Shown here piece after piece: positions 63,501 through 64,000 of a stretch of DNA of 64,000 nt. A model generated the notes under the pieces. That model was given only the letters and a program-made list of their open reading frames with translations. It was not told the origin of the DNA and searched no databases. The DNA comes from Phaeosaccion multiseriatum (lineage: Eukaryota > Protista > Ochrophyta, other classes), in NCBI GenBank assembly GCA_965112735.1, contig OZ218963.1, positions 3,224,001-3,288,000 of the forward strand, written 5' to 3'. The position numbers were made by a program, and so were the translations under genes. The first letter of the stretch is position 1. Every line of letters begins with the position of its first letter.

Positions 63501-64000
63501 GGAGGAGGAAAAGTAGGCGACCGAGGGATGTCATCGGATCTTCCCTACTCCCCTCAGAGGGGAAGCACAAAGCACCCTCTAGAGAGGAGAATGACTTTGT
63601 CGAGGCCTAGGAAGCGACCCTGCTGCTCCCCCTTTGGCGGTTTCAATGCTCGCCTTGTAACTCCTACAGCCACCTCTCCCCTATATTATAGCCTAAGAGC
63701 ACCTTTCCTTTTGGTTTGTTGCCCGTCGTTGGCCCCCCTCCGTGCGTTGTCCCTTCCCCCTCTTGCAGCACGGAAGGTCAGTGCTTACTCAGGCGACGTA
63801 CGGAGTGCTCTTCAGATATGCCGACATGCTGTGGAACTGTGCATAGCACGAGTAGAGGAAGAGCAAGGGAGGCAAACGCGACAGAGCCAGTACTTGCTCG
63901 CGACAAAAGAACAAGACTCTGAGGGGGACGATAGTGGTGATGATGATGCTGCTGAAGAAGACGGGAAGGAGGGGGGGGCGAATGCCAAAGCCGGCAAAAG
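60565..64000 (+). CDS. ORC1: Origin recognition complex subunit 1 (BAH + AAA+), multi-exon, runs off the window
   Basis: BAH: YYKAIKQGGEVYNVGDCVII, YRWFYR, EIFESD, IVRKVCV, FFCRKMY. AAA+: VPETLPCREEE, MYIHGMPGTGKTATV, VEINAMRL, VLVDELD, IYNLFNWP, IGISNTMDLPER, SRLAASNRIVF. Confidence 0.93.

Noticed and set aside
40891-64000. Apparent cluster of genome-maintenance genes (MDC1-like, CK2, SENP, ORC1)
   Set aside because: They are interspersed with unrelated organellar genes, and the sequence gives no evidence of a functional cluster.

Overview
Gene-dense, intron-rich eukaryotic nuclear DNA. Four proteins carry a signal peptide followed by an A/S-F motif (bipartite plastid targeting), which points to an ochrophyte (stramenopile) alga. 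About 15 spliced genes can be read: a plastid-targeted TrhO-type rhodanese/O-methyltransferase fusion, a CBS-domain protein, histidinol-phosphate aminotransferase, a winged-helix protein, an ankyrin protein, a coiled-coil protein, an EF-hand protein with an EsV-1-7-type motif, pyruvate carboxylase, Cpn20, an MDC1-like FHA-BRCT protein, a fibrillin-like protein, a mitochondrial carrier, a Rossmann-like plastid protein, CK2 alpha, a SUMO protease and ORC1 (partial), plus a partial Q-rich gene. Most ORFs in the supplied track are antisense or microsatellite artefacts. Two findings stand out. (1) The TrhO plus TrmR-family methyltransferase fusion could be a single-protein route to mo5U34 in plastid tRNA. 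(2) There is a family of short non-autonomous elements with TCGG...CCGA-type terminal inverted repeats, 6-bp target-site duplications and internal heptamer arrays that co-vary with the TIR, including one nested insertion. Exon boundaries were read by eye and are approximate unless stated.
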